Assembly: GCA_963765205.1 (NCBI GenBank)
Contig: CAVXVB010000009.1
Location: 384,001-448,000 of the forward strand
Source: an uncultured Verrucomicrobiae bacterium
Lineage (GTDB): Bacteria; Verrucomicrobiota; Verrucomicrobiia; Opitutales; JABDGR01
DNA: 64,000 nt
Direction: 5' to 3'
A program made the position numbers and the translations under genes. Shown in pieces: positions 39,504 to 49,729 of the stretch (positions are counted from its first letter, which is position 1; every line of letters begins with the position of its first letter). Below the pieces are notes generated by a model. That model was not told where the DNA came from and ran no database searches. It saw only the letters and a list, made by a program, of their open reading frames with translations.

Positions 39504-40546
39504 AACGGTTCACCGTGTTATTCGCAGGCTTGGGCAGCATTGGCCAGCGACACCTTCGCAACCTCATGGCGTTGCTACCCGAACCGCCGCGCGTGCTCGC
39601 CTACCGCACCACCCGGGGCGATCGGATATTGACCGATGATTTGCGCGTTGAAGCCGACACGGGTTTGGCCAAGAAATTTGGCCTCGAAACGTTTTCCGAT
39701 CTCGACGCGGCCCTCGGGCAGCACCCGGATCTCACTTTCGTGACCAATCCAACCAGCCGGCACCTGGCGGTGGCGCTGGCGGCGGCGCGCGCGGGCAGCC
39801 ATTTATTTGTGGAAAAGCCACTCAGCCACGACTGGGCAGGAGTGGAGGATTTGCTGGCCCTCATGGAACGCCCGGGCCGCGTCGGCTGCGTCGGGTATCA
39901 ATTCCGTTTTCATCCAGCGTTTGAGAAAATTGCGCTTTGGGTGCAAGAAGGCCGTTTGGGCAATGTCGCGGCGGTGCGCGCGGAAGTCGGGGAATATATG
40001 CCGGGTTTTCATTCCTACGAGGATTACCGCGGCACTTATCCCGCGCGGGCGGAGTTGGGCGGCGGCGTCGTGCTGTGCCAGATTCACGAATTCGATTTGC
40101 TCTATGCATTGTTCGGCGTACCGGACGAAGTTTTTGCCGTCGGTGGCAAAAACAGCCGGCTCGCCCTCGATGTCGAGGACACAGCGGCGGCGCTATTCCG
40201 CTATCGCCGCGCGGGCTGCGCCGACTTGTCCGCGCAAGTCCACCAGGATTTTCTACAGCGTCCACCTCGCCGAAATTTCCAAATTATCGGCGACGAAGGC
40301 GCGATCTATTGGGATTATCCGGGCAAAACACTGCAATTATTTGGCCCGGAAGGGACGGCGGTTGAATCGCAAAATTTTGCCGATTTGCGGCGCAACCATT
40401 TGTTCATTTCCGAGCTGCAGCACTTTCTTGCCTGCGTGGCCGGGCGCGAGCAGCCGCGCGTCAGTTTGCGTGACGGCGCCCAGAGCCTGCGCCTGGCCTT
40501 GGCAGTGAAACAATCCCTCGCCACGGGCAAGGTCGTTCAACTATGA
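39500..40546 (+). CDS. Gfo/Idh/MocA oxidoreductase
   Basis: GLGSIGQRH, FVEKP, GGGV, HEFD, DVED. Confidence 0.9.
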   Translation: MKRFTVLFAGLGSIGQRHLRNLMALLPEPPRVLAYRTTRGDRILTDDLRVEADTGLAKKFGLETFSDLDAALGQHPDLTFVTNPTSRHLAVALAAARAGSHLFVEKPLSHDWAGVEDLLALMERPGRVGCVGYQFRFHPAFEKIALWVQEGRLGNVAAVRAEVGEYMPGFHSYEDYRGTYPARAELGGGVVLCQIHEFDLLYALFGVPDEVFAVGGKNSRLALDVEDTAAALFRYRRAGCADLSAQVHQDFLQRPPRRNFQIIGDEGAIYWDYPGKTLQLFGPEGTAVESQNFADLRRNHLFISELQHFLACVAGREQPRVSLRDGAQSLRLALAVKQSLATGKVVQL

Positions 40547-41304
40547 GCGACAAAAACAGCAACATCCTCGCGCTCATTCCCGCGCGCGGCGGCTCTAAAG
40601 GCATTCCGCGCAAAAACGTGCGCGTGCTGGCTGGGAAACCGCTCATCGCCTATTCGATCGAGCATGCTTTGCGGTCGCGGCGCATCGGGCGCGTCCTCGT
40701 CTCGACCGACGATGAGGAAATCGCCGCCGCCGCGCGCGCCGCCGGCGCCGAGGTGCCTTTTATGCGCCCGGCGGAGTTTGCGCAGGATTTGTCGCCCGAC
40801 CTTGATGTTTTCCGCCATGCTTTGCGCTGGCTGCTTGAGCATGAGAATTACCGGCCCGAATTGGTGGTCCATTTGCGGCCGACCGGCCCGGTGCGCCGGG
40901 TGGAACTTATTGACGAGGCCATCGCCCGGATGCTCGCGACCCCAACGGCGAATGCGCTACGCTCAGTCAGCGTGCCGGCGCTGACGCCCTACAAGATGTG
41001 GCGCATGGAAAACGGCTTCTTGAAGCCGCTTCTGACCGTGCCCGGGGTCAAAGAACCCCACTCCATGCCACGTCAGATGTTGCCGGAAGTTTATTGGCAA
41101 AACGGCTACGTGGACATCGTGCGTGCGCGCACCATCCTCGACCAGAACAGCATGACTGGCGACTTGGTCTTGCCGTTCATTGTGACCGACCGAATTTTTG
41201 AGCTGGACTACGAGGACTCGATCCCCGAGGTCGAGCGCGTGCTCCAGGCGCTGGCGCGCGGCGAGCACGTCTCCTTCGCGCAGGAAAACCGGCCCGCCGT
41301 CTAA
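40543..41304 (+). CDS. neuA: Acylneuraminate (nonulosonate) cytidylyltransferase
   Basis: IPARGGSKGIPRKN, STDDEEI, FMRPAEFA, LRPT, QNG. Confidence 0.92.
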   Translation: MSDKNSNILALIPARGGSKGIPRKNVRVLAGKPLIAYSIEHALRSRRIGRVLVSTDDEEIAAAARAAGAEVPFMRPAEFAQDLSPDLDVFRHALRWLLEHENYRPELVVHLRPTGPVRRVELIDEAIARMLATPTANALRSVSVPALTPYKMWRMENGFLKPLLTVPGVKEPHSMPRQMLPEVYWQNGYVDIVRARTILDQNSMTGDLVLPFIVTDRIFELDYEDSIPEVERVLQALARGEHVSFAQENRPAV

Positions 41305-41321
41305 AGCGGGCCGGGGAAAAC

Positions 41322-41350
41322 TTGACGCTGCCGGCCAGCGCGGATATTTT
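41322..41350 (+). promoter_or_regulatory. Possible internal sigma70 promoter upstream of neuB
   Basis: TTGACG-17 bp-TATTTT in the 107-bp neuA-neuB gap. Confidence 0.4.
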
Positions 41351-41411
41351 CCCAATCGGCTCCCTGCGCGACAGCCCACATTTTTTTCACCACCCAACTA
41401 GGATTTTCCCC

Positions 41412-42282
41412 ATGCCCAAAGCCATCACCCTCGGAGACCGCCAGGTCGGCGGCCAGCACGCCTGTTTCATCGTCGCGGAGATTGGCATCAACCACAATGG
41501 CGACCTCGCCCTCGCCAAAAAGCTCATTGATGCCGCGCTGGATGCCGGTTGTGACGCCGTTAAATTCCAGAAGCGCACGGTGGACGTGGTCTACACCAAG
41601 GAGGAACTGGCCAAGCCGCGCGAGAACCCCTTCGGCCCCACGAATGGCGACCTCAAACGCGGCCTCGAATTCGGCAAGACGCAGTTTCAGGAAATTGACC
41701 AGCATTGCCGGGAAAAGGGCATCCTCTGGTTTGCCTCCTGCTGGGACGAGGCCTCCGTGGACTTCATCGAAAAATTCAACCCGCCCTGTTACAAAATTGC
41801 CTCGGCCAGCCTGACGGACGACGAACTGCTGCGCCACCACCGCCGGACCGGCCGGCCCCTCATCCTCTCCACCGGCATGAGCACGCTGGCGCAAGTCGAC
41901 CACGCCCTCGAAGTCCTGGGCAAAAATGATTTAATTCTGTTGCACACCAACAGCACCTACCCCTCGAAGCTCGAGGAATTGAACATTCGCACCCTGCTAA
42001 CGCTCGCGGAACGCTACGGCGTGCCCACTGGTTATTCGGGCCACGAAGTCGGTCTAGCGCCGTCGGTGGGTGCGGACCGCCATCGGTGCGTGCCTGCTCG
42101 AACGGCACATCACCCTCGACCGGGCGATGTGGGGCAGCGACCAGGCGGCCTCCGTCGAGCCGCAAGGTTTTGCGCGCCTCGTGCGTGATGTGCGCGCCAT
42201 CGAAATGAGCTTTGGGGATGGAGTGAAGCGCGTTTATGACAGCGAAGTGCCGATCATGAAAAAGCTGCGCCGCAAAGGTTGA
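41412..42282 (+). pseudogene. neuB: NeuB-family nonulosonate synthase without SAF domain; frameshift near 42075 (probably a sequence error)
   Basis: AEIGINHNG, VKFQKR, KIASA, STGM, SGHE; ERHITLDRAMWGSDQ continues in the next frame. Confidence 0.9.
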
Positions 42283-42304
42283 ATCCGACGAATTTAATTT
42301 CCCC

Positions 42305-43132
42305 GTGAACGTCAAGGATCAGTTTGATCTCGCGGGCCGCGTGGCGGTCATCACCGGCGGCGCAGGACTGCTCGGCGTGCAGCACGCCGAAGCCATCGCC
42401 GAAATGGGCGGCATTCCCATCCTGGTCGATGTGGACGCCCGGCGCGCCGTCGCCGTTGCGAAACAAATCGCCCTGCGTTTCAGCGTGCCGGCCGCGGCGC
42501 ACGGGGTGGACATCACCCGGCCCGCGTCTGTCAAAAAACTGCGCGACATTTTGCTGCGCAAGCAGGGCCGCGTGGACATTTTGATCAACAACGCCGCGCG
42601 CAATCCCAAAGTTGAGGGCGCGGGCAAACTGGTTTGGTCGCGCCTGGAAAATTATCCGCTGCCCCAATGGGAGCAGGATTTGGCGGTGGGTCTGACCGGG
42701 GCGCTGATCTGCTCGCAAATCTTTGGCGCGGAAATGGCGCGCGCGGGCCGCGGTGTCATCCTCAACGTCGCCAGCGACCTTGGCGTCATCGCGCCCGACC
42801 AGCGCATTTACCGCCGGCCCGGCGTGCCGGCGGATCGGCAAATGGTCAAGCCCGTCAGTTATTCCGTCGTCAAGCACGGCCTGATCGGCCTGACGAAATA
42901 CCTCGCGACCTACTGGGCCGAACAAGGCGTGCGCGCCAATGCGATTTCGCCCGGCGGCGTCTTTAATGAACAGGACCAGGATTTCGTGCGCCGGCTGACC
43001 GCGCTGATCCCCCTCGGGCGCATGGCACGCCTCGGTGAATACAAAGCGGCGGTGGTGTTTCTGGTATCTGACGCTTCGCAATATATGAATGGCGCCAACC
43101 TTGTAATGGACGGCGGCCGCAGCACCTGGTGA
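42305..43132 (+). CDS. SDR oxidoreductase (PtmA-like)
   Basis: TGGAGLLG, INNA, YSVVK, SPGG, MDGG. Confidence 0.9.
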   Translation: MNVKDQFDLAGRVAVITGGAGLLGVQHAEAIAEMGGIPILVDVDARRAVAVAKQIALRFSVPAAAHGVDITRPASVKKLRDILLRKQGRVDILINNAARNPKVEGAGKLVWSRLENYPLPQWEQDLAVGLTGALICSQIFGAEMARAGRGVILNVASDLGVIAPDQRIYRRPGVPADRQMVKPVSYSVVKHGLIGLTKYLATYWAEQGVRANAISPGGVFNEQDQDFVRRLTALIPLGRMARLGEYKAAVVFLVSDASQYMNGANLVMDGGRSTW

Positions 43133-44034
43133 AAACAATCAAGCTGCTCGCGTTGGACATTGACGGCGTGCTCACCGACGGCCGCACCACGCTCGGCGCG
43201 CGCTCGCCGGAGAAAAAACGCCTGGCCTTCCAGGACTTGGACGCCATCGGCACGGCCCGGCGCGCGGGTCTGCGCCTTGCCCTGATCACGGGTGAGAGTG
43301 ACGGCTCGGTGGATTTGGTGGCGACGCGAACCGGCGTCCCGGTGGTGCGCCGGGACGCGAAAGACAAATTGGCCGCCCTGCAATCAGTGGCGAAAGATGC
43401 ACGGGTTTCACTCGCAGAAATTTGCTACGTCGGCGATGGTGACCGCGATGCGCCGGCGCTGGCCCAAGCCGGCTTCGCGCTGGCGCCCGCCAATGCCACT
43501 TTCGCCGCCCGGGGTGCGGCCCACCGGGTTTTGAAAAAATCCGGCGGCCACGGCGCAGTCAGCGAAGCGGTGCGGCTGCTCTTGAACCGGTTGGCAGATG
43601 GACGAAACGAAAAAATCATCCGACGGGATTTGCGCGGGTATTTCCAGAAGCATAAAATTCCCCTTCGTCATTTGCCCGCGGTGGCCAAGTTGGCGCACGA
43701 GTTGGCGCGGGCGTTCCAAGCGGGGCGGAAAATCCTTCTCTGTGGAGAGGGCGCTGAGTCCGCGCTGCAAGCTTTGTCCTCGAGCCAGTGGGCCTGGCCC
43801 ATACTCGAACTTTCCCGCGACCCCGCCCTGCGCGCGAAACAGATCCTCGCGGTGGCGCGGCCCGGTGACCTGGTTGTTGAGGTGGGCGGGGCGGAGACTG
43901 ATTCCGCGCATCACGCGATACCGTCAAATATGCCAGACGTGCTTGAGTTGGCGCTGCACGGCCGCCGGGCCGGCGTGGGTTGGCGTGCGGCGGTGGAGGC
44001 CGCGGAAGCAATTCTTGCCCATGGCCCGGCGTAG
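43129..44034 (+). CDS. KdsC-like HAD phosphatase fused to a degenerate GmhA/SIS domain
   Basis: LDIDGVLTD, ITG, DK, YVGD, GGHGAV; C-terminal GRKILLCG ... ARPGD. Confidence 0.8.
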   Translation: MKTIKLLALDIDGVLTDGRTTLGARSPEKKRLAFQDLDAIGTARRAGLRLALITGESDGSVDLVATRTGVPVVRRDAKDKLAALQSVAKDARVSLAEICYVGDGDRDAPALAQAGFALAPANATFAARGAAHRVLKKSGGHGAVSEAVRLLLNRLADGRNEKIIRRDLRGYFQKHKIPLRHLPAVAKLAHELARAFQAGRKILLCGEGAESALQALSSSQWAWPILELSRDPALRAKQILAVARPGDLVVEVGGAETDSAHHAIPSNMPDVLELALHGRRAGVGWRAAVEAAEAILAHGPA

Positions 44035-44063
44035 GCCGTAGCTTCTACCCGGTGTTATTTTTT

Positions 44064-45359
44064 ATGAAAATTGGCGTCTGCGTTGCCGACTACGATATTC
44101 GCAACGACCTGCCCGACCTGCTTCGCGGCCTCGCCAGGCATCATGAAGTCGTTGTGCTGGCCTCGCCCGCCGAGGCGCCGCGCGTGGGTGAAGGACCGTG
44201 GGAAAAACGACTGGTTCGCGCCAAAATCAATGGCTGGAACAAGCTTTGGCTGGCACTGTTTGCCCGCTATGGCCAGGTGCCGGCCAGCCGGGACAATTTT
44301 TGGCAGAACACGCTTTTTCTTTTGCAAAAACTTGATCCCGCCAAGCGCCGCCAGGCCACCGCGCGCCTGCGCTGGCGGCTAAAATTTCCACAGATATTTT
44401 CCTTTGACGGCCTGCTGCGCCTGTTGCGCGGCCGGGCTGGTAAAATTGACGATTTGGACGGCGTGCTGTTCATCACCAATATTTCCAGCCCGGAACTGCT
44501 CGCGCAAGCGCAGCAGTCCGGTGTGCGCTGCGCCGCTTATGTTTACAGTTGGGATCATGCGCCGAAATATGACCGTTTCCCGCACCATTTGGACGCCTAC
44601 TTCACCTGGAACGAGGGTGTGGCTGACGACCTGGCCGCGTTGCAGGGCGTGCCCCGTGCGCGGGCCCATTCAGTCGGGGCGACACAGCTTGTTTGTCTCC
44701 GCGAATATTTGCAGACCCCCGAGGCGCGCCGCCGGAAAATCCCCTTCCGCTACGCCTATTATGGCTGCGCGATTGCGATTCCCGCCCTCGCCGAGCAGGA
44801 GGTTCGCCTCCTCGAATGGCTGGCGGAGGAACTCGCCGCCGCCGACCCCGGGTTGAAACTCATCGTGCGCCCCTATCCGATGTTGCGCGACACGACCTGC
44901 TTTCGCCGCCTGCGCGCCCGGCCCAATATCGCCTTCGACGACGAATACCGCGCCGAAATCCAGGAGCGCGTCATCCCCCGCGCGGATGTGTTTTCCAAAT
45001 TCAATTTACAGGAGCACGCGGAGCTGTTTTTCCACTGTGGCACCACCATGGGTTTTGAGGGCGCATATTTCGACACGCCCGTGTTTTTCCTCGCGCCGGA
45101 CGACTTGGACTACGGGGCGCCGGCCGGCGACGAGATGCACATCACGCGCTTTTTCCATACCTACCACAACCAAAAATACCTGATGCTGCCCGGCTTTGCC
45201 AACGTAGTCACGCGCGCCGCCGACCTGCGCCCGCGCCTGCGCGAGGCGCTGGCCCGGCGCAAGCTTTTCCTGCCCTATAACCGCGCCATCCGCGCGGCCA
45301 CGCCGTTGCGTTCGATGGAAGATATTGCCGGCAACCTGGCCGCGGTTTTTCAAAAATGA
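44064..45359 (+). CDS. Hypothetical GT-B-like protein, candidate nonulosonate transferase
   Basis: YSWDH, WNE, VRPYP and GTTMGFEGAYFDTP motifs; lies immediately after the NeuA/NeuB module. Confidence 0.6.
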   Translation: MKIGVCVADYDIRNDLPDLLRGLARHHEVVVLASPAEAPRVGEGPWEKRLVRAKINGWNKLWLALFARYGQVPASRDNFWQNTLFLLQKLDPAKRRQATARLRWRLKFPQIFSFDGLLRLLRGRAGKIDDLDGVLFITNISSPELLAQAQQSGVRCAAYVYSWDHAPKYDRFPHHLDAYFTWNEGVADDLAALQGVPRARAHSVGATQLVCLREYLQTPEARRRKIPFRYAYYGCAIAIPALAEQEVRLLEWLAEELAAADPGLKLIVRPYPMLRDTTCFRRLRARPNIAFDDEYRAEIQERVIPRADVFSKFNLQEHAELFFHCGTTMGFEGAYFDTPVFFLAPDDLDYGAPAGDEMHITRFFHTYHNQKYLMLPGFANVVTRAADLRPRLREALARRKLFLPYNRAIRAATPLRSMEDIAGNLAAVFQK

Positions 45360-46528
45360 GCGCGCTCGAAAAAATCGCGGTGGTCTGCGAAAAATTTCCG
45401 CTGCCGTCCCAGACGTTTGTGCAACTGCACGCCGAAATCCTGGACGCGGATGTGTTCGCGCTCGAAGTGACGGCGCCTGTCGGCGACCCGCGCTGGGCGG
45501 GCCGCGTGCAGGCCCTGGGTATCGAACCGGGGCGCAACCGTCTGCGCATCTTCGCCGAAAAAGTTTACCGGCGTCTGGCCGGCACGCCCTGGCGAGTCTG
45601 GCTGCCGCACGAACGTCGCCGCCTTCGCTTTCTGCTGCGCGAGCGCCGCATCACCGCCGTCGTCGTGGAATTCGGCCAGTGCTTCATTGGCTGCGGCACG
45701 GCGGTATTCGAGCCGGGCGTGAAAGTTGTCCCGTATTTCCATGGCGTGGATTTGTCGGCCTGCCTCCGGGACGCGCGCTATGTGCGCAAACTTCGCCCGC
45801 TGCTGAACCGTTGTTCCAACGTCATTGTCGTGAATGAAATAATGGGGGAGCGCCTGCGGCGCGTTTTTGGATTTTCCGGAAAAATCCACTGCGTCCCCTG
45901 CGCGGTGGATGTTTCCATTTTTGGGCATTTGTCCCGGTCGCGCCACGCCGGGATAAAATTCCTGTTTGTGGGCCGGCTGGTGGAAAAAAAAGGCGTGACT
46001 GAACTGGTGACCGCTTTTGCCCGTTATGTTGAACAAGGCGGCCCGGGCACCTTAACGATCGCGGGCGACGGGCCGATGCGTGGGGCGGTCGAAAAAATCA
46101 TTGCCGCCGCCAGGTTGCGCGAACGGGTGGAACTCACGGGCGGGGTCACGCATGCACAAGCCGCTGCGTTAATGTCGGCGGCGGATGTTTACACTCAGCA
46201 CTCCAAGGTCGCCGCCGACGGCGATGAAGAAGGCTGGCCGGTGGCGATTGCCGAGGCCTGCGCCGCGGGTCTGCCGGTGGTGGCCACCTATCATGCGGCA
46301 ATTCCGCAGCAGGTTATTCCTGGGCAGACTGGTTTTTTAGTGAAAGAAGGCGACATTGAGGGCATGGCGCAAGCGATGCTCGAGCTGGCCCATTCACCCA
46401 GCCTGCGAGAGCAAATGGGGCGCGCCGCGCAGGCGCACATCCACAAATTTTGCGACCTGCTCGCATATCGCAACCGCTTGGTGGAAATTCTGCAACATGC
46501 CCAGACAGCGGTGAAGGGGATGCTATGA
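45356..46528 (+). CDS. Glycosyltransferase family 4
   Basis: SQTFV, FVGRLVEKKG, EGWPVAIAEACAAGLPVV. Confidence 0.9.
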   Translation: MSALEKIAVVCEKFPLPSQTFVQLHAEILDADVFALEVTAPVGDPRWAGRVQALGIEPGRNRLRIFAEKVYRRLAGTPWRVWLPHERRRLRFLLRERRITAVVVEFGQCFIGCGTAVFEPGVKVVPYFHGVDLSACLRDARYVRKLRPLLNRCSNVIVVNEIMGERLRRVFGFSGKIHCVPCAVDVSIFGHLSRSRHAGIKFLFVGRLVEKKGVTELVTAFARYVEQGGPGTLTIAGDGPMRGAVEKIIAAARLRERVELTGGVTHAQAAALMSAADVYTQHSKVAADGDEEGWPVAIAEACAAGLPVVATYHAAIPQQVIPGQTGFLVKEGDIEGMAQAMLELAHSPSLREQMGRAAQAHIHKFCDLLAYRNRLVEILQHAQTAVKGML

Positions 46529-47655
46529 TGAAAACCGTGTTTGTGAGCTTGGGTCTTTATCCTTGCCCGCAAGGGCGCACTGCCACGGAGGTCCGCGCCT
46601 GGCAAAATTTGATCGCGCTCCGGGAACTGGGGTTTGCCATCACAATTGTCACCACTCCGGATCCCGCCGGGCGCGAAATTCCGGGCTTTCCGGTCGTGCT
46701 GGCACCGCCGTTGCCGGAAACCCATTTCGTGCAATTTCACCGGCATTGCCGCTATCGCCGCACGGTCAAGAATTTGATAGCGCATCATTTGCCTGATTTG
46801 TCTACAATTTTGTTTTGCGAGCATTGGGCGGCGCTGGCGTGCATTCCGCGGCACCCACGGGTGGTTTATTCCTGTCATGACTTGGAACGAAACCTGGGCC
46901 GACTGCGTCGCCTCTTGAAGCAAAAGCCGGCCATCACACTGAAGATGCGGACGTATTGGTGGTTGACGAATTATCTGGAAAATCGACTGTTCAAAAAAAT
47001 TGACCGGGCGATTTGCGTTTCCGCGAGCGAAGCGCAGTGCGTGAAGGCCCGCTGGCGCATCCCTGCGGAATATATTCCCACCGTGCCGCCTGCCACGGCG
47101 GGCGAACCGGCGAAGGGCCTCAATCCGTCCATTCGCTATTGGATCTACGGCGGATCCGGCGCCACCTCGAACAAGATTATCCTGGACCATCTGGCGCGGG
47201 AACTTTACGATTTGCTCAAGGCCGCCGCGCCGCGGGCTGAGTTTCACCAGGCGGGCAATTTTAACACCTACGCGCCGGAGCGAATCGAGTGGCTGCGCCG
47301 GCATTTCACCGTCCACGGCTTCATGGACGATCCGGCGCGGATTTTTCAGCGCGGCGATTTCTGCCTGATTCCCTATCAATACGACACCGGCTTCCGCACG
47401 AAAATCCCCGAGGTGTGCGGCTACGGCATGATTTGCGCCGGCTATCCTGCGACGTTTGCCTGCTGCCCGGAAATGCGCGACGGCTATAACTGCATCATCG
47501 CGGAAACACCCGCGGCCCTTGCGGAAAAACTCGCGCTAGTGGCTAGCGACGATGTTACACGCGAACGGCTTTCCGCTAGCGCGATCGAGACCCGCCGCCG
47601 GGACTTTTCCCCGGTGGTCTTGCTGGAAAAATACCGCAGTGCCTTGGTCTTTTAA
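46525..47655 (+). CDS. Glycosyltransferase (GT4-like)
   Basis: HDLE, VSASEA and TGFRTKIPE motifs. Confidence 0.75.
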   Translation: MMKTVFVSLGLYPCPQGRTATEVRAWQNLIALRELGFAITIVTTPDPAGREIPGFPVVLAPPLPETHFVQFHRHCRYRRTVKNLIAHHLPDLSTILFCEHWAALACIPRHPRVVYSCHDLERNLGRLRRLLKQKPAITLKMRTYWWLTNYLENRLFKKIDRAICVSASEAQCVKARWRIPAEYIPTVPPATAGEPAKGLNPSIRYWIYGGSGATSNKIILDHLARELYDLLKAAAPRAEFHQAGNFNTYAPERIEWLRRHFTVHGFMDDPARIFQRGDFCLIPYQYDTGFRTKIPEVCGYGMICAGYPATFACCPEMRDGYNCIIAETPAALAEKLALVASDDVTRERLSASAIETRRRDFSPVVLLEKYRSALVF

Positions 47656-47659
47656 CGCC

Positions 47660-48809
47660 ATGACTCCCGCCGAAGCCAACGAGACCATCCATACCGACTG
47701 TGCGCATTATCGCGGGTCGGCGCCGTGCGTATTCCACAAGCGCGACGGCCGCGTGCCCCGGCTGCCCGGATTACGCGCCGCTCGGCCGCAAAATTTTGGT
47801 GGTCAAGCTTGACGCCATAGGCGACGTGTTGCGCACGACCGCCATCCTACCGGCGTTGCTGGATAAATATCCCGGCGCACAGGTCACCTGGGTCACGCGC
47901 GAACGCTCCCGCCCGCTGCTCGAAGGTAATCCGCAGTTGCACCGGGTGCTCGCGGTCGAGGGCAATTATCTCGAGACGCTCATGAGCGAGGACTTCGACC
48001 TCGGCATCGGGTTGGACGCTGATGCCTTGTCCGCGCAAATTCTGTCGCTCGCGCGTTGCGGGGAAAAACTCGGATTCACCGCCGGACGCTTTGGCTGGGG
48101 CGAGCCAGCCAGCCCGGAGGCGCGGGCCTGGTGGCTGATGGGGGTGAATGACCGCCTGAAAAAAGCCAATCGGCGCACTTACCAGGAAATCATGTATCAA
48201 ATCTGCGGCCTGGCCGGCCCGGTCGCGCGCCCGCAACTGCCCGCCAGGTTGCTGGAGCCGGGATGGATTCGCCGCCGCCGCGAGGAATTGGGCCTCCGGC
48301 CCGACCGTAAAGTAATCGGCCTGAACACTGGGGGCGGCGGTCGCTGGCAGTGCAAAAAGTGGACCGTCGCCGGCACGGTGGAATTGGTGCGGCGTCTGCG
48401 CCGGCGCGTCCCGGATGCGGCCTTATTGCTTTACGGCGGACCGGAGGAAATCGAATTTAACGCGGCCATCCTGGCGGAGTGCGCTGGGCAAGTCGCGGAC
48501 TTGGGCTGCCAAAATCCCGTCCAAGAATTTGTCTCCCTCGTCAGCCTCGCCGATATTTTTTTCACGCCGGACAGTCTGGGTTTCCACATCGCCATTGCGT
48601 TGGCGAAGCGGACGGTGGTGCTGGTCGGGCCGACTTCCCCATGGGAACTGGATGTGTATGGCCGCGGCGAAATCCTGACCGCCGACCCCGAATGCGCGGC
48701 CTGCTACCGCAGCCGTTGCGACCGCCGCCCGACTTGCATGGAAACGCTCGATCCCACGGTGGTCGAAAACGCCATTTTGCGCCAGTTCAATCTGCTCGAT
48801 CCGTCCTAA
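47660..48809 (+). pseudogene. GT9 (heptosyltransferase-like) with Cys-rich ends; frameshift near 47750 (probably a sequence error)
   Basis: ILVVKLDAIGDVLRTT, KKW, DSLGFHIAIAL, GPT; N-terminal DCAHYRGSAPC is in a different frame. Confidence 0.85.
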
Positions 48810-48872
48810 ACCCGCAGGATTGAAAAACCTTCTGGCCGAACTGCCCCGGCCCTCCATCCCTTTACCCCAGCC

Positions 48873-49716
48873 ATGGCCAAACTCATCATTGAAGCCGGTC
48901 GCACCAGCAAGCACTACTGGAAAGACCTATGGCGTTACCGCGAGTTATTTTACTTTCTCGCCTGGCGGGACTTGCTCGTGCGCTACCGGCAGACGGCCAT
49001 CGGCCTGAGCTGGGCCGTGTTGCGCCCATTGCTCACGATCTTCGTGCTGACGATTATTTTTGAACGCGTGGCCGGCCTGTCGGCCGGGGACGTGCCCTAT
49101 CCGATTCTGGTGCTGGCCGGGATGCTGCCCTGGCAATTTTTCTCGAATTCACTCACCGACTCCAGCAACAGCCTGGTGGCCAATGCCAATCTGATTTCCA
49201 AGGTCTATTTTCCGCGGTTGTTGGTGCCGGCCAGTTCCGTGGTCGTCAGCCTGGTGGACTTCCTCATTTCATTTGTCATTTTGATTTACCTGCTGCTCTG
49301 CTACCAGTTCGCGCCCACCTGGCATTTTCTCGCGCTGCCCGCGTTAGTGCTCCTGGCGTTTCTGGCGGCGTTAGGCCCGGGCCTGCTGGTCACCGCGCTT
49401 AACGTCCAGTATCGGGATTTCCGGTATATCATCCCGTTCATCGTGCAATTTGGCCTCTATGTGTCGCCCGTGGGTTTCAGCAGCAGTCGGATTGATTTCG
49501 GTCTTGGCCCACTACCACCTGGCGGCGCACTGGCGGCTGGTCTACTGGCTCAACCCGATTGTCGGCGTCATTGACGGATTTCGCTGGGCCATCTGCGGCC
49601 ACGAACCCTTTTACTGGCCGGGATTTGCCGTTTCCGTGACCGTCATTGGATTGATGCTGGCCTATGGCTTGCGTTATTTCCGCCGCATGGAACGCGCCTT
49701 CGCCGACATCATCTAG
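48873..49716 (+). pseudogene. wzm: Polysaccharide ABC exporter permease; frameshift near 49497 (probably a sequence error)
   Basis: YRELFYFLAWRD..VRYRQT, KVYFPR, YRDF; LNPIVGVIDGFR...FADII in the next frame. Confidence 0.9.
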
Positions 49717-49729
49717 GAGGCCACCCCGC

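Noticed and set aside
31623..44034. NeuB replacing KdsA in a Kdo pathway (kdsD, kdsB and kdsC-like present, kdsA absent)
   Set aside because: kdsA is commonly encoded elsewhere, and NeuB has its own NeuA partner; absence from one window is not evidence
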